Source: Armatimonadota bacterium
Lineage (GTDB): Bacteria > Sysuimicrobiota > Sysuimicrobiia > Sysuimicrobiales > Humicultoraceae
Assembly (NCBI GenBank): GCA_037443365.1
Contig: JBBIOM010000032.1
Location: forward strand, 1 to 21,833
Reading direction: 5' to 3'
Length of the DNA stretch: 21,833 bases
Position numbers and translations under genes: made by a program. Under the pieces are notes generated by a model that worked only from the letters and a program-made list of their open reading frames with translations, did not search any database and was not told the origin of the DNA. This document shows positions 9,127 to 19,079 of the stretch, piece by piece. Numbering within the stretch: the first letter of the stretch is position 1; the number at the start of each line of letters is the position of its first letter.

Positions 9127-9912
9127 ATGAAGCACCTGGCCCTGCGCCGCCCACTCGTGTTCCTCGACCTGGAGACCACGGGCGTCAACCCCGCTTCCGA
9201 CCGCATCATCGAGGTGGCGCTTGTCAAGGTCCGCCCCGACGGGGGGCTGGAGACGCTCGTGCACCGGGTGAATCCGGGGGTGCCGATTCCTCCGGCCTCA
9301 ACGCGCATACACGGGATCACCGACGCCGACATAGCGGATTCGCCGCGGTTCGCGCAGATCGCCCCAGGGGTGCTGGGGTTCATAGGAGACGCCGATCTGG
9401 CCGGGTTCAACGTCTCGAGGTTCGACATCCCGGTTCTCCACCGCGAGCTGGCCACATCCGGCCTGCGCCTGGAGATGGCGAACCGCGCGGTTGTGGACGC
9501 GCAGGTGATCTTCCACCGGAAGGAGCCGCGCGACCTGGCCGCCGCCTACCGCTACTACTGCGGCAAGGAGCTGGAGGGCGCCCACGCCGCGCAGGCAGAC
9601 GCCGAGGCGTGCCTGGAGATTCTCGACGCGCAGCTCGCGGTCTATCCCGACCTGCCGCGGTCCCCACAGGGGCTGGCCGACCTGTTCAACCCGCGCGATC
9701 CCAACGCGATAGATCCCGACGGCAAGATCGTGTGGGAGCGAGGAGAGGCGGTGCTGATGTTCGGGCCGGACGGCGTGCGCGGCCGGTCCCTGCGCGACCT
9801 GGCCGCCCGCGATCGCGGGTTTCTGGAATGGGTCCTGCGCAAGGACTTCGGCCCAGACGTCAAGGCGATCGTGCAGGACGCGCTGCTCGGCCGGTTTCCG
9901 TCAAGGGAGTAG
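9127..9912 (+). CDS. DEDDh 3'-5' exonuclease (DNA pol III epsilon-like)
   Basis: FLDLETTG, RIHGITD, GFNVSRFD, HAAQAD motifs; small C-terminal FG..G..L....FLEW domain. Start ATG 9127 or GTG 9124. Confidence 0.9.
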   Translation: MKHLALRRPLVFLDLETTGVNPASDRIIEVALVKVRPDGGLETLVHRVNPGVPIPPASTRIHGITDADIADSPRFAQIAPGVLGFIGDADLAGFNVSRFDIPVLHRELATSGLRLEMANRAVVDAQVIFHRKEPRDLAAAYRYYCGKELEGAHAAQADAEACLEILDAQLAVYPDLPRSPQGLADLFNPRDPNAIDPDGKIVWERGEAVLMFGPDGVRGRSLRDLAARDRGFLEWVLRKDFGPDVKAIVQDALLGRFPSRE

Positions 9913-9919
9913 GTGTCTC

Positions 9920-10393
9920 GTGTCCTCGGCCACCGATCGCGTGCAGCAGGCCCTCCTGGAACTGGGCCTGGCAGCGCAGGTACAAGAGTTCCCGCAGGGA
10001 ACTCGCACGGCGCAGGACGCGGCCGACGCGATCGGCACCACGCTCGGGCAGATCGTGAAATCCCTGGTGTTTCTGGCAGACGGGCGGCCGCTGCTCGTCC
10101 TGGCCTCGGGCAAGAACAGGGTGGACGTTGGACGGCTTGCCCGCGCCGCGGGCGCCGTGCGCATCGAGCGCGCCGGCGCCGACCGGGTGCGCGCGGTCAC
10201 CGGTTTTGCGATCGGCGGCGTCCCGCCCGTGGGGCACGCGACGCCGCTTGAGACCTACATAGACGAAGACCTGCTCTCGTACGATGTCGTCTACGCCGCG
10301 GCGGGTACGCCCACCGCGATCTTCCCGATTGCGCCGGGGGATCTCGTGCGCGCAACCGGGGGCCGGGTCAGAGAGCTGGCCCTGCCGCACTAG
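9920..10393 (+). CDS. YbaK/EbsC family aminoacyl-tRNA deacylase (trans-editing)
   Basis: TRTAQDAA, QIVKSLVF, TGFAIGGVPPVGH (GxxxP), YAAAGTP. Confidence 0.9.
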   Translation: MSSATDRVQQALLELGLAAQVQEFPQGTRTAQDAADAIGTTLGQIVKSLVFLADGRPLLVLASGKNRVDVGRLARAAGAVRIERAGADRVRAVTGFAIGGVPPVGHATPLETYIDEDLLSYDVVYAAAGTPTAIFPIAPGDLVRATGGRVRELALPH

Positions 10394-10415
10394 CCAGAAC
10401 AGGAGAGGTGGCGTG

Positions 10416-11756
10416 ATGCACTTCCCGTACCTTCGCATCGTCTCGATCCTGCTCTCGCTGGCCGTCTGCGCGCTTGCGCCTGCACCGGCCGGAGGGCAGC
10501 CGGCCCCCCCGGCGCCGTCGGGCGATGCCGCGTTTGCGCACGTGGCGCACCTGGCTGGTGTGATTGGTCCCAGGGTCGCGGGAACGCCGTCCGAGCGGCA
10601 GGCCGCGGAGTACCTGGCGGCGCAGTTCCGGCAGTTCGGGTATCAGGCCGACATCCACTCGTTCCGGTTCCCGTACTTCGAGGCGCGCCGTGTCGAGCTG
10701 CTGGCGCTGGGTGCGCCTCCACGCGCAGTGCCGGCCGCGATCTTCACCTACTCGGCGCCCACGGCTCCTGGCGGGGTAGAGGCCGACGTCGTGCACGCGG
10801 GGCTGGGCCGCCCAGGGGACTACGAGGGGCGGCAGATCTCCGGCGCGATCGCGCTCGTGGCGCGGGGATCAATTACGTTCACCGAGAAGGTGTCCAACGC
10901 GGCCGCGCGCGGCGCCGTGGCGGTCATCATCTTCAACAGCGCGCCCGAGGGGATCATGGCCGGCACGCTCGTGCAGCCGTCGCGCATTCCGGCCGTGGCG
11001 ATCTCCAACGAGGAAGGTGTGCGGCTGATAGAGGCGACGCAGCAGGGCCGCCTGCGCGTGCGCCTGCTCGTGGATGCTTTGACCGAGATGCGCACGACCG
11101 CGAACGTTGCGGCGACGAAGCGCGGCGCGACGCGGCCGGAGGAGATCGTGGTGGTGGGCGCCCACTACGATACGGTGCCCGGCAGTCCCGGCGCCAACGA
11201 CAACGCGTCAGGGGTTGCGGTCGTGCTCGAGGCGGCGCGCGTGCTGGCAGGTACGCCTACCCCGCGCACCGTCCAGTTCGTGCTGTTCTCGGCCGAGGAG
11301 CTGGGGCTGTTCGGATCGGTCGCGTTCGCGCAGGAGCGGCGCAGGGGCGTCGTCGCCATGATCAACATAGACATGGTGGGATGGGGCGAGGCGCTGACGG
11401 CGGGCAGCTCGCCAGGGCGCGACGAAACGATGGTGAACGCCGCGGTCGAGGTTGCCCGGACGCTCGGGATCCCGCTGACCCGGTTCCGGAGCGCGGGTAG
11501 CGACCACGCCAGCTTCGAGCAGGTGGGGATCCCCGCGGTCTTCCTGCACCGGGGGGTTGATCCGCACTACCACCGGCCAACCGACCTCCCGCCGGTAGTG
11601 GATCCGCGGAACCTGGAGGAAGCGACCCGCCTGGTGGTGGGGATGCTGCTACATCCAGCGATCCCGACCGCTGTAGTAGATCGCCGGCGCGTTGGGATGG
11701 CGGCGCCGGAACTCCCTGTACCTGCGCAGCAGACGCCGGTAGCGCGCATCGGATGA
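10416..11756 (+). CDS. Secreted M28 family aminopeptidase with PA domain
   Basis: Signal peptide; IGPRVAGT, PA domain (ALVARGSITFTEKV), GAHYDTV, PGANDNASG, FSAEELGLFGS, NIDMVG, SDHASF, YHRPTD. SD AGGAGAGG upstream of ATG 10416. Confidence 0.92.
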   Translation: MHFPYLRIVSILLSLAVCALAPAPAGGQPAPPAPSGDAAFAHVAHLAGVIGPRVAGTPSERQAAEYLAAQFRQFGYQADIHSFRFPYFEARRVELLALGAPPRAVPAAIFTYSAPTAPGGVEADVVHAGLGRPGDYEGRQISGAIALVARGSITFTEKVSNAAARGAVAVIIFNSAPEGIMAGTLVQPSRIPAVAISNEEGVRLIEATQQGRLRVRLLVDALTEMRTTANVAATKRGATRPEEIVVVGAHYDTVPGSPGANDNASGVAVVLEAARVLAGTPTPRTVQFVLFSAEELGLFGSVAFAQERRRGVVAMINIDMVGWGEALTAGSSPGRDETMVNAAVEVARTLGIPLTRFRSAGSDHASFEQVGIPAVFLHRGVDPHYHRPTDLPPVVDPRNLEEATRLVVGMLLHPAIPTAVVDRRRVGMAAPELPVPAQQTPVARIG

Positions 11757-12299
11757 GCACAGCGGCCTGTGGGGTACCTCGATCAGGTATCGCTCCAGCT
11801 TCCACATGCTGCGGCGGTTGAGCCGCCAGTCGTAGCCCCCGAGGTCGCGGAGATCCACCAGCGCGTAGCCGGTGATGCGCCCGGTGAAGTCCACGTAGGG
11901 GTCGAAGTAGCTCCAGACCATGTCCCGGATTGATCGGAAGACCGGCCGGCGCCCGTGCAGCCCGGCGTCCCGGGATCGAGCCACGGCCCCCCAACGCCCG
12001 CGCCGCCTGAAGACGAAGAGCACGTGATCCAGGCCGTCCTGCGACTCCAGGCTCACCACGAGCGGCGGGTAGCCGTGCTGCTCGAGGATGACCGCGGCGA
12101 CGAGCGCGGCCTCCATGCACATGACCTCGCCCGCCCGCACGACCTCCCGGAACGACGCCAGCGTGGTCCCCACGCGATGGTGGTTGTAGCGCAGCGCGTC
12201 CAGGAACCGCTGCACCTGCTGGGGCGTGCGGTGTGCCTCGATGATGGCTCTCTCGCGGGGCAAGAAGGCCTCCCGCGGCGGAGGGGATGCGCGCTTCAT
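11649..12299 (-). CDS. Vasohibin-like (transglutaminase-fold) putative cysteine protease
   Basis: VQRFLDALRYNH, MCMEAALVAAVIL, DHVLFVF, WGAVARSRDAGL...FRSIRDMVWSY. Start probably ATG 12299; the ORF-track extension to 12575 is only the antisense of the FMN riboswitch. Confidence 0.7.
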   Translation of the reverse strand: MKRASPPPREAFLPRERAIIEAHRTPQQVQRFLDALRYNHHRVGTTLASFREVVRAGEVMCMEAALVAAVILEQHGYPPLVVSLESQDGLDHVLFVFRRRGRWGAVARSRDAGLHGRRPVFRSIRDMVWSYFDPYVDFTGRITGYALVDLRDLGGYDWRLNRRSMWKLERYLIEVPHRPLCSSDARYRRLLRRYREFRRRHPNAPAIYYSGRDRWM

Positions 12300-12343
12300 G
12301 CCTCGTGTAGTTCGCACGGGGGGGTGCGGATGCCTGCCGTTCC

Positions 12344-12372
12344 TTGCCCCGAGGCCCGCCCGATGGTACACT
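12344..12372 (+). promoter_or_regulatory. Putative sigmaA promoter of the rib operon
   Basis: TTGCCC (12344-12349) - 17 nt - TACACT (12367-12372) with extended TG, about 25 nt upstream of the riboswitch. Confidence 0.65.
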
Positions 12373-12397
12373 TGTATTGTAGTCCAACTGAATAGTA

Positions 12398-12540
12398 GAC
12401 CTTCAGGGCAGGGTGAGCCGGCAGCGCGAGCGCCGGCAATTCCCGATCGGCGGTAGAGCCCGCGAGCCCGGCTGCGTGAGCAGCCAGGCAGATCCGGTGA
12501 GACTCCGGGGCCGACGGTATAGTCCGGATGGAAGAAGGTC
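12398..12540 (+). ncRNA. FMN riboswitch (RFN element)
   Basis: P1 GACCTTC/GAAGGTC; AGGGCAGGGTGA..AATTCCCGATCGGCGGT..AGCCCGCGAG..GCAGATCCGGTGAGACTCCGGGGCCGACGGTATAGTCCGGATGGAAGAAG; upstream of ribD. Confidence 0.97.
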
Positions 12541-12630
12541 AGGATTGGAGCCCGGGATTCGGTCGCCGGGACCAATGGCGCGCTTCGCCTGCGCCATGGC
12601 CTCCAGCCCGAACCCGCGTTCCGATGCGCC

Positions 12631-12669
12631 CGCGCCCGGAGGTCTACGGATTCCGGGCGTGATCATTTG
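12631..12669 (+). terminator. Candidate expression-platform hairpin of the FMN riboswitch
   Basis: CGCGCCCGGA (12631-12640) / TCCGGGCGTG (12652-12661) stem followed by a weak ATCATTTG tract, just before the ribD start. Confidence 0.45.
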
Positions 12670-13773
12670 CTCGTATCAGCGCACGACGATACCCAGATGA
12701 TGAGGCTGGCTCTGCGCCTCGCGCGGCGGGCCGAGGGTCGCACCAGCCCGAACCCGATGGTCGGGGCCGTCCTGGTGGCGGACGGCATCGTGGTCGGCCG
12801 CGGCTATCACGCCAGGGCCGGGACCGCTCACGCCGAGATCGTTGCCCTTCGCAAGGCAGGCGGCCGCGCCCGCGGAGCCACCCTTTACGTGAACCTCGAA
12901 CCGTGCGCTCACACCGGGCGCACAGGTCCCTGCACCGAGGCGCTGATTGCCGCGGGCGTCCGCCGCGTTGTGGCGGCGATGTGCGACCCTGACCCCAAGG
13001 TGAACGGCAGAGGCCTGGCGCGGCTGCAGGAAGCCGGCATCGAGGTGGAGGTCGGCTTGCTCGAGGGTCAGGCCCGGCGGGTCAACGAGTTTTACGTGAA
13101 GCACCGCCGGACCGGAATGCCCTTCGTGACGCTGAAGTGGGCCATGAGCGCCGACGGCAAGATCGCGGCGGACCGCGCCGGCGCGCTCGCACTCACAGGG
13201 GATCGGGCGCGACGGTACGCGCACGCGCTCCGCAACACCCACGACGCGGTCCTGGTCGGCGTGCAGACCGTGCTGGCCGACGATCCGCATCTGACCTGCC
13301 GCATACCCGGTGGGCGCAATCCGCTGCGCATCGTGGTGGACTCGCATCTGCGCACCCCGCCCGAGGCGCACGTGGTCGCATCCGCCGGGGAGGTGCTGAC
13401 GCTCCTAGCCACGACCGATGCGGCCCCCCCGGAGCGGGTCGAAGCCATGCGCCGGGCCGGGGTGGACGTGCTCGTGCTCGATCGAGGCCCGGGGGGAGTG
13501 GATCTGCGCGCCCTCATGCATGAACTTGCCCTCCGGGGAGTGCAAAGCGTGCTGGTCGAGGGCGGCGGCACCGTCAACGCCTCCGCCCTTGCCGCCGGGA
13601 TCGTGGACAGGGTCGTCGCGCTGGTGTCGCCCTGGCTGATCGGTGGAGAGCGGGCGCCTACTCCCGTGGACGGGACCGGGCTCGTGGGCGCGGCCGGGGC
13701 AGTGCGGCTGCAGGAGACGCGCATCAGGAGGCTAGGCGAGGACGTACTAATCGAGGGGAGGGTGGCGGTCTGA
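12667..13773 (+). CDS. ribD: Bifunctional diaminohydroxyphosphoribosylaminopyrimidine deaminase / 5-amino-6-(5-phosphoribosylamino)uracil reductase
   Basis: TSPNPMVGAV, HAE, LEPCAHTGRTGPC, KWAMSADGKIA, LVEGGG. Start TTG 12667 or ATG 12697. Confidence 0.96.
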   Translation: MLVSAHDDTQMMRLALRLARRAEGRTSPNPMVGAVLVADGIVVGRGYHARAGTAHAEIVALRKAGGRARGATLYVNLEPCAHTGRTGPCTEALIAAGVRRVVAAMCDPDPKVNGRGLARLQEAGIEVEVGLLEGQARRVNEFYVKHRRTGMPFVTLKWAMSADGKIAADRAGALALTGDRARRYAHALRNTHDAVLVGVQTVLADDPHLTCRIPGGRNPLRIVVDSHLRTPPEAHVVASAGEVLTLLATTDAAPPERVEAMRRAGVDVLVLDRGPGGVDLRALMHELALRGVQSVLVEGGGTVNASALAAGIVDRVVALVSPWLIGGERAPTPVDGTGLVGAAGAVRLQETRIRRLGEDVLIEGRVAV

Positions 13774-14371
13774 TGTTCACCGGAATAGTCGAGGAGCTGG
13801 GCGAGGTCACGGGGCTGACCGGCAACGCCGACGGCGTTCGCCTGACGGTGCGGGCCGGGGCCGTGCTCGACGGCGCCAAGGTGGGAGAGAGCATCGCTGT
13901 AAGCGGAGTGTGCCTGACGATCGTGGGCCTGGTTGGACAGGCGTTCGAATCCGACGTGGTGGCCGAGACGCTGCGGCGGACGACGCTGGGAAGGCTGCGC
14001 CAGGGGAGCCCTGTGAACCTGGAGCGGCCCCTCCGGTTCGATCAGCGCCTGGGCGGGCACATCGTGCAGGGGCACGTGGACGGCGTGGGCACCATCACCG
14101 CTATCAGGCAGGAAGGCGAGGGCATCTGGATGGAGATAGCGCCGTCCCCGGCCCTGATGCGCTACCTGGTGGAGAAGGGCTCTGTTGCGGTGGACGGCGT
14201 TAGCCTCACCGTGGCCGCGCTCACGGACGCTCCCGGATTCGCGATCGCGCTGATACCGCACACCCTGGCCGTGACCACGCTGGGGCGGTGGGGTGTGGGG
14301 GATGCCGTGAACATCGAGGTGGACATCCTGGCCAAGCACGTGGAGAAGTTGCTGGAAGGGGTGCAGGGACG

Positions 14372-14384
<13 letters not shown>
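13773..14384 (+). CDS. ribE: Riboflavin synthase (alpha chain)
   Basis: N-terminal MFTGIVEE, GESIAVSGVCLT, VNLERPL, GGHIVQGHVDG, KGSVAVDGVSLTV, VNIEVDILAK. Confidence 0.97.
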
Positions 14385-15610
<1,226 letters not shown>

Positions 15611-15641
15611 GGCGCGGCGCAGGCCTCGTGAAGGGGTGATG

Positions 15642-16148
15642 ATGCGGGTGGACACTGTCTTTCGTGGGAACGCCGACGCGGCCGGGAGAGCCTTTGCGAT
15701 CGTGGTCAGCCGCTACAACGAGGCGATCACGCAGCGCCTGCTCGATGGTGCGCTGGAGGTCTTGCGATCACAGGGCGCTGCGCGCGTTGACGTCGCCTGG
15801 GTGCCCGGCGCGCTCGAGATCCCCCTGGTCGCGCGGCGCATGGCCGAGGCCGCAGACGGGGAAGGGGCGGTGCCGCGCCGAGCGCGGTACGCCGCGGTGA
15901 TCTGCCTTGGGTGCGTCATAAAGGGGGAGACGCTGCACTTCGATCTTGTCGCGCAGCAGGCCGCGGCAGGAATGGCCCGGGTCGCGCTGGAGACCGGCGT
16001 TCCCGTGATCAACGAGGTGCTGGCCGTGTTCGATCCCGAGCAGGCAGCCGAGCGCGCCGGCGGCAGGGTGAACCGGGGGGCTGAGGCCGCCCGCGCCGCG
16101 ATCCAGATGGCGACGCTTCTGCGCGCGCTGGAGGCATCGGGACGATGA
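15642..16148 (+). CDS. ribH: 6,7-dimethyl-8-ribityllumazine synthase
   Basis: IVVSRYN, VPGALEIP, ICLGCVIKGETLHFD, QAAERAGG..NRGAEAA. SD AAGGGGTG; start 15639, 15642 or 15648. Confidence 0.93.
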   Translation: MRVDTVFRGNADAAGRAFAIVVSRYNEAITQRLLDGALEVLRSQGAARVDVAWVPGALEIPLVARRMAEAADGEGAVPRRARYAAVICLGCVIKGETLHFDLVAQQAAAGMARVALETGVPVINEVLAVFDPEQAAERAGGRVNRGAEAARAAIQMATLLRALEASGR

Positions 16149-17764
16149 GCGTCACGCTGTTCGCGCCCGCTGATCTGCGGCCCGACGCCGGACCGGCGTC
16201 GCAGGGCGGCGCGCTCGCCGTCTCCGGGGGACGCGTGCTGGCCCTGGGCGACGCGCGCGACCTGGTCGCCCGGTTCCCGGGCGCGCGCCGCGTGGACCTG
16301 CTGGGGCTTCCGGTCTTCCCAGGGCTGATTGACGCGCACATCCACCTCATCGGCTATGGATTGAGCCTGATGGGAGTGGAGCTGCGGGAAGCGGTCTCGC
16401 CGGCGGACGCGGCCCGGCGCGTCGCGGCTGCCCTGGCAGGCCTGCCGGCGAACGCGTGGGTGCAGGGACACGGGTGGGACAAGAACGCCTGGCCCGGGGG
16501 GCGATTCCCCGCGCGCCACGATCTCGACCCGGCCACGGGCGGCCGGCCGGCTGTGATGGCGAGCAAGGACGGGCACGTGCTCTGGGTCAACTCCGCGGCC
16601 CTGCGCGCGGCCGGGATCACGCGTGATACGCCTGATCCGCCCGGAGGCGCGATCAGCCGCGACGCCGTCGGCGAGCCCGACGGCATCCTGAAGGAGGAGG
16701 CCGCCGCCCTCATCCGGCGCGTCGTGCCGCCGCCGTCGCAGGAGATGCGCGAGCGCGCCGCGCTGGCCGCGATTGCCGGTCTTCATCCCCTGGGGTTGGT
16801 CGGCGCGCACACCTTCACGGGCACGACGGCAGAGGGCCCCGAGGACCTGGTCGCGCTTGAGCGCCTCAACGCCCGAGGCGATCTCTGGATGAGGATCGTG
16901 GCCGCGCTCCCAGACCGCTACCTGGAATCGGCCGCGCGCGCCGGCATGCGAACCGGTGGGGGCGACGAGATGCTGCGCGTGGGGCCGATCAAGATATTCG
17001 CCGACGGCGCCCTGGGGTCGCAGACCGCGCTCATGCTCGAGCCCTACAACGAGCAGCCCGACAACCTGGGGCTGCGGGTGCGGTCGCCCGAGGAGATGGA
17101 CCACCTCGTGGGAACAGCCACGAAGGCCGGGTTGTGGACCGCCATCCACGCCATAGGCGACCGCGCCAACCGGGACGTGCTCGACGTCTTCGAGCGCCAC
17201 CTGGACGCCTCGGCCAGGCAGGGAGCGCGCCACCGCATCGAGCACGTGCAGCTGCTGCATCCTGATGATCTGCCGCGCCTCGCACGGCTCGGCGTGGTCG
17301 CCTCGATGCAGCCGATCCACGCAACCGAGGATCGCGAGATCGCCGATCGCTACTGGGGAGCGCGCGCCAGATGGGGCTATGCCTGGCGCTCGCTCGCATC
17401 CAGCGGCGCCACGCTGGCGTTTGGATCGGATGCTCCGGTGGAGTCCCCGGATCCCTGGCGGGGAATGTACGCCGCGGTCACGCGACGACGCCCTGGCGAG
17501 GGGAACCGAGACGCCTGGTACCCCGAGGAGTGCCTCACACTACAGGAGGCCTTCCGCGCCTACACGGCAGGCCCGGCGTACGCCGGCGGGACCGAGTCCT
17601 GGCAGGGGACGCTGGCCCCTGGGAGCGTCGCGGACTTCATCGTGCTCGACCGCGATCCCTACGCCGGAGCACCCGAGGAGCTGGCGCGCGTCAGGGTGCT
17701 GGCGACCGTGGTGGCCGGGCGAATCGTACACTCCGCCGGCGCGCTTGCCGGCCTGATGGAATAG
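16145..17764 (+). CDS. Amidohydrolase 3 family (YtcJ-like) metal-dependent hydrolase
   Basis: PGLIDAHIH, DGHVLWVNSAAL, KIFADGALGSQTA, HAIGDRAN, RHRIEHVQ, SMQPIH, FGSDAPV, GTLAPGSVADFIVL. Confidence 0.93.
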   Translation: MSVTLFAPADLRPDAGPASQGGALAVSGGRVLALGDARDLVARFPGARRVDLLGLPVFPGLIDAHIHLIGYGLSLMGVELREAVSPADAARRVAAALAGLPANAWVQGHGWDKNAWPGGRFPARHDLDPATGGRPAVMASKDGHVLWVNSAALRAAGITRDTPDPPGGAISRDAVGEPDGILKEEAAALIRRVVPPPSQEMRERAALAAIAGLHPLGLVGAHTFTGTTAEGPEDLVALERLNARGDLWMRIVAALPDRYLESAARAGMRTGGGDEMLRVGPIKIFADGALGSQTALMLEPYNEQPDNLGLRVRSPEEMDHLVGTATKAGLWTAIHAIGDRANRDVLDVFERHLDASARQGARHRIEHVQLLHPDDLPRLARLGVVASMQPIHATEDREIADRYWGARARWGYAWRSLASSGATLAFGSDAPVESPDPWRGMYAAVTRRRPGEGNRDAWYPEECLTLQEAFRAYTAGPAYAGGTESWQGTLAPGSVADFIVLDRDPYAGAPEELARVRVLATVVAGRIVHSAGALAGLME

Positions 17765-17859
17765 CGGGCATAGGCAGGGGGGCGCCGGCGTTCTTGTGTA
17801 TGCGGGCACAGAGTGCCCCCGTCGCGCGCCGGTAGGGCGCGTCAGAAGGAGTGAATGAC

Positions 17860-18474
17860 ATGGCATATCCGAAGTACGAGCCAGTGAAGTTTCGCGCGTT
17901 TGACGTGGAGCTGGACGGCATCTCGAAGAAGACCATGGATGAGCACTACAAGCTCTACCTGGGCTACGTCAACAAGGCCAACGAGATACACGAGAAGCTG
18001 GCTGCCCTGGACCGTGACCCGGCCAAGGCCAACCCCACCTTCTCCGAGATCCGCGAGCTCAAGGTCGAGCTGTCGCGGGCGGTGGGCGGGGTGAAGAACC
18101 ACGAGATCTACTTCTCCCACCTGGGCGGGGGCGGTGGCAGGCCTTCGGGCGAGCTTCTGGCGCTGATCGAGCGGGACTTCGGGAGCTTCGAGGAGTGGCA
18201 GCGCGACCTCAAGGCCACGGCGATCGCGGCGCGCGGCTGGGCCTGGACCGCGTTTGACTGGGACACCGGGAAGCTCTTCAACTACATTGGGGACGAGCAG
18301 AACACGTTCCCGGTCTGGAACGCGACCGTGATCGTGGCCCTTGACGTGTTCGAGCACGCGTACTGGCTGGATTACCAGACGGGCAAGGCGGCCTACATAG
18401 ATGCGTTCTTCCGCAACCTGGACTGGGCGGCGGTCGCGGCCCGGGCCCAGGCGGTGCTGGGGGCGGTCGGGTAA
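17860..18474 (+). CDS. Fe/Mn superoxide dismutase
   Basis: Metal ligands in EHYKLY, KNHEIYF and DVFEHAY; GG before the second His and Gln in DEQN lean towards Mn type (inference). SD AAGGAG favours ATG 17860. Confidence 0.9.
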   Translation: MAYPKYEPVKFRAFDVELDGISKKTMDEHYKLYLGYVNKANEIHEKLAALDRDPAKANPTFSEIRELKVELSRAVGGVKNHEIYFSHLGGGGGRPSGELLALIERDFGSFEEWQRDLKATAIAARGWAWTAFDWDTGKLFNYIGDEQNTFPVWNATVIVALDVFEHAYWLDYQTGKAAYIDAFFRNLDWAAVAARAQAVLGAVG

Positions 18475-18524
18475 ACCCGGGACGCCCAACCGGCCGTCTC
18501 AATGTTGAAGACGAGGGGGCTGGC

Positions 18525-19079
18525 GTGGACGCTGAGGACCGGCAACTGATCCGGGCTTTCGCGCGCGGGGAGGAGAGCGCCTTCACCGCGCTCGTGATCA
18601 AGTACCGGGAGAGCGTCTACCGCGTGGCGCGCCGGATGCTCGGCAACCACGAGGACGCCGCGGACGTGACCCAGGAGGTATTCATCCGCGCGCACAGGGC
18701 GCTGCCGCGCTTCGACGGCCGCTCGCGGCTCTACACCTGGTTGTACCGCATCACCATCAACCTGTGCCTGGATATGCGCGGCCGGTCCGTGCGGCTGCCG
18801 CTGCTCGGCGAGGAGGCCGGCGCGCGCGACGCCAAGGGCTTCCCCGGTGCCGAGGATGAGGTCGAGGGCCGGGAGGTCGGGCGCCTGGTGGCGCTCGCCG
18901 TGTCCCAGTTGCCTCCGCGCCAGCGCGCGATGACCGTGCTGCGCCTCTACCAGGACCTTCCCTATCGTGAGATCGCCCGTATCATGGGCTGCTCAGAGGG
19001 TACGGTGAAGGCCACGATGTTCGCCGCGCTGCGCAAGTTGCGCCGCGCGCTGGCAGGGGAGGGCGTTCGCGCACCATGA
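18525..19079 (+). CDS. ECF RNA polymerase sigma-70 factor
   Basis: Region 2 (DAADVTQEVFIRA, TWLYRITINLCLD) and region 4 (LPPRQR...YREIARIMGCSEGTVK). Confidence 0.95.
   Translation: MDAEDRQLIRAFARGEESAFTALVIKYRESVYRVARRMLGNHEDAADVTQEVFIRAHRALPRFDGRSRLYTWLYRITINLCLDMRGRSVRLPLLGEEAGARDAKGFPGAEDEVEGREVGRLVALAVSQLPPRQRAMTVLRLYQDLPYREIARIMGCSEGTVKATMFAALRKLRRALAGEGVRAP

Noticed and set aside
8160-9455. Long antisense and alternative-frame ORFs (also 1239-2435, 13092-14339, 15713-17320, 18982-20124)
   Set aside because: Shadow ORFs expected in high-GC DNA opposite well-supported genes; no recognisable motifs.
12376-12381. Minus-strand TACAAT as the -10 of the vasohibin-like gene
   Set aside because: No convincing -35 or extended TG; overlaps the rib promoter region, so it cannot be called independently.
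12300-12700. ORF-track extension 12575-12300 (-) and ORFs 12403-12666 (-) and 12413-12700 (+)
   Set aside because: They are translations of the FMN riboswitch and its promoter, not protein-like.
15845-15890. Roughly 10-residue insertion in RibH (AADGEGAVPRRAR)
   Set aside because: Falls in a variable surface loop before the YxAVICLG strand; probably neutral.
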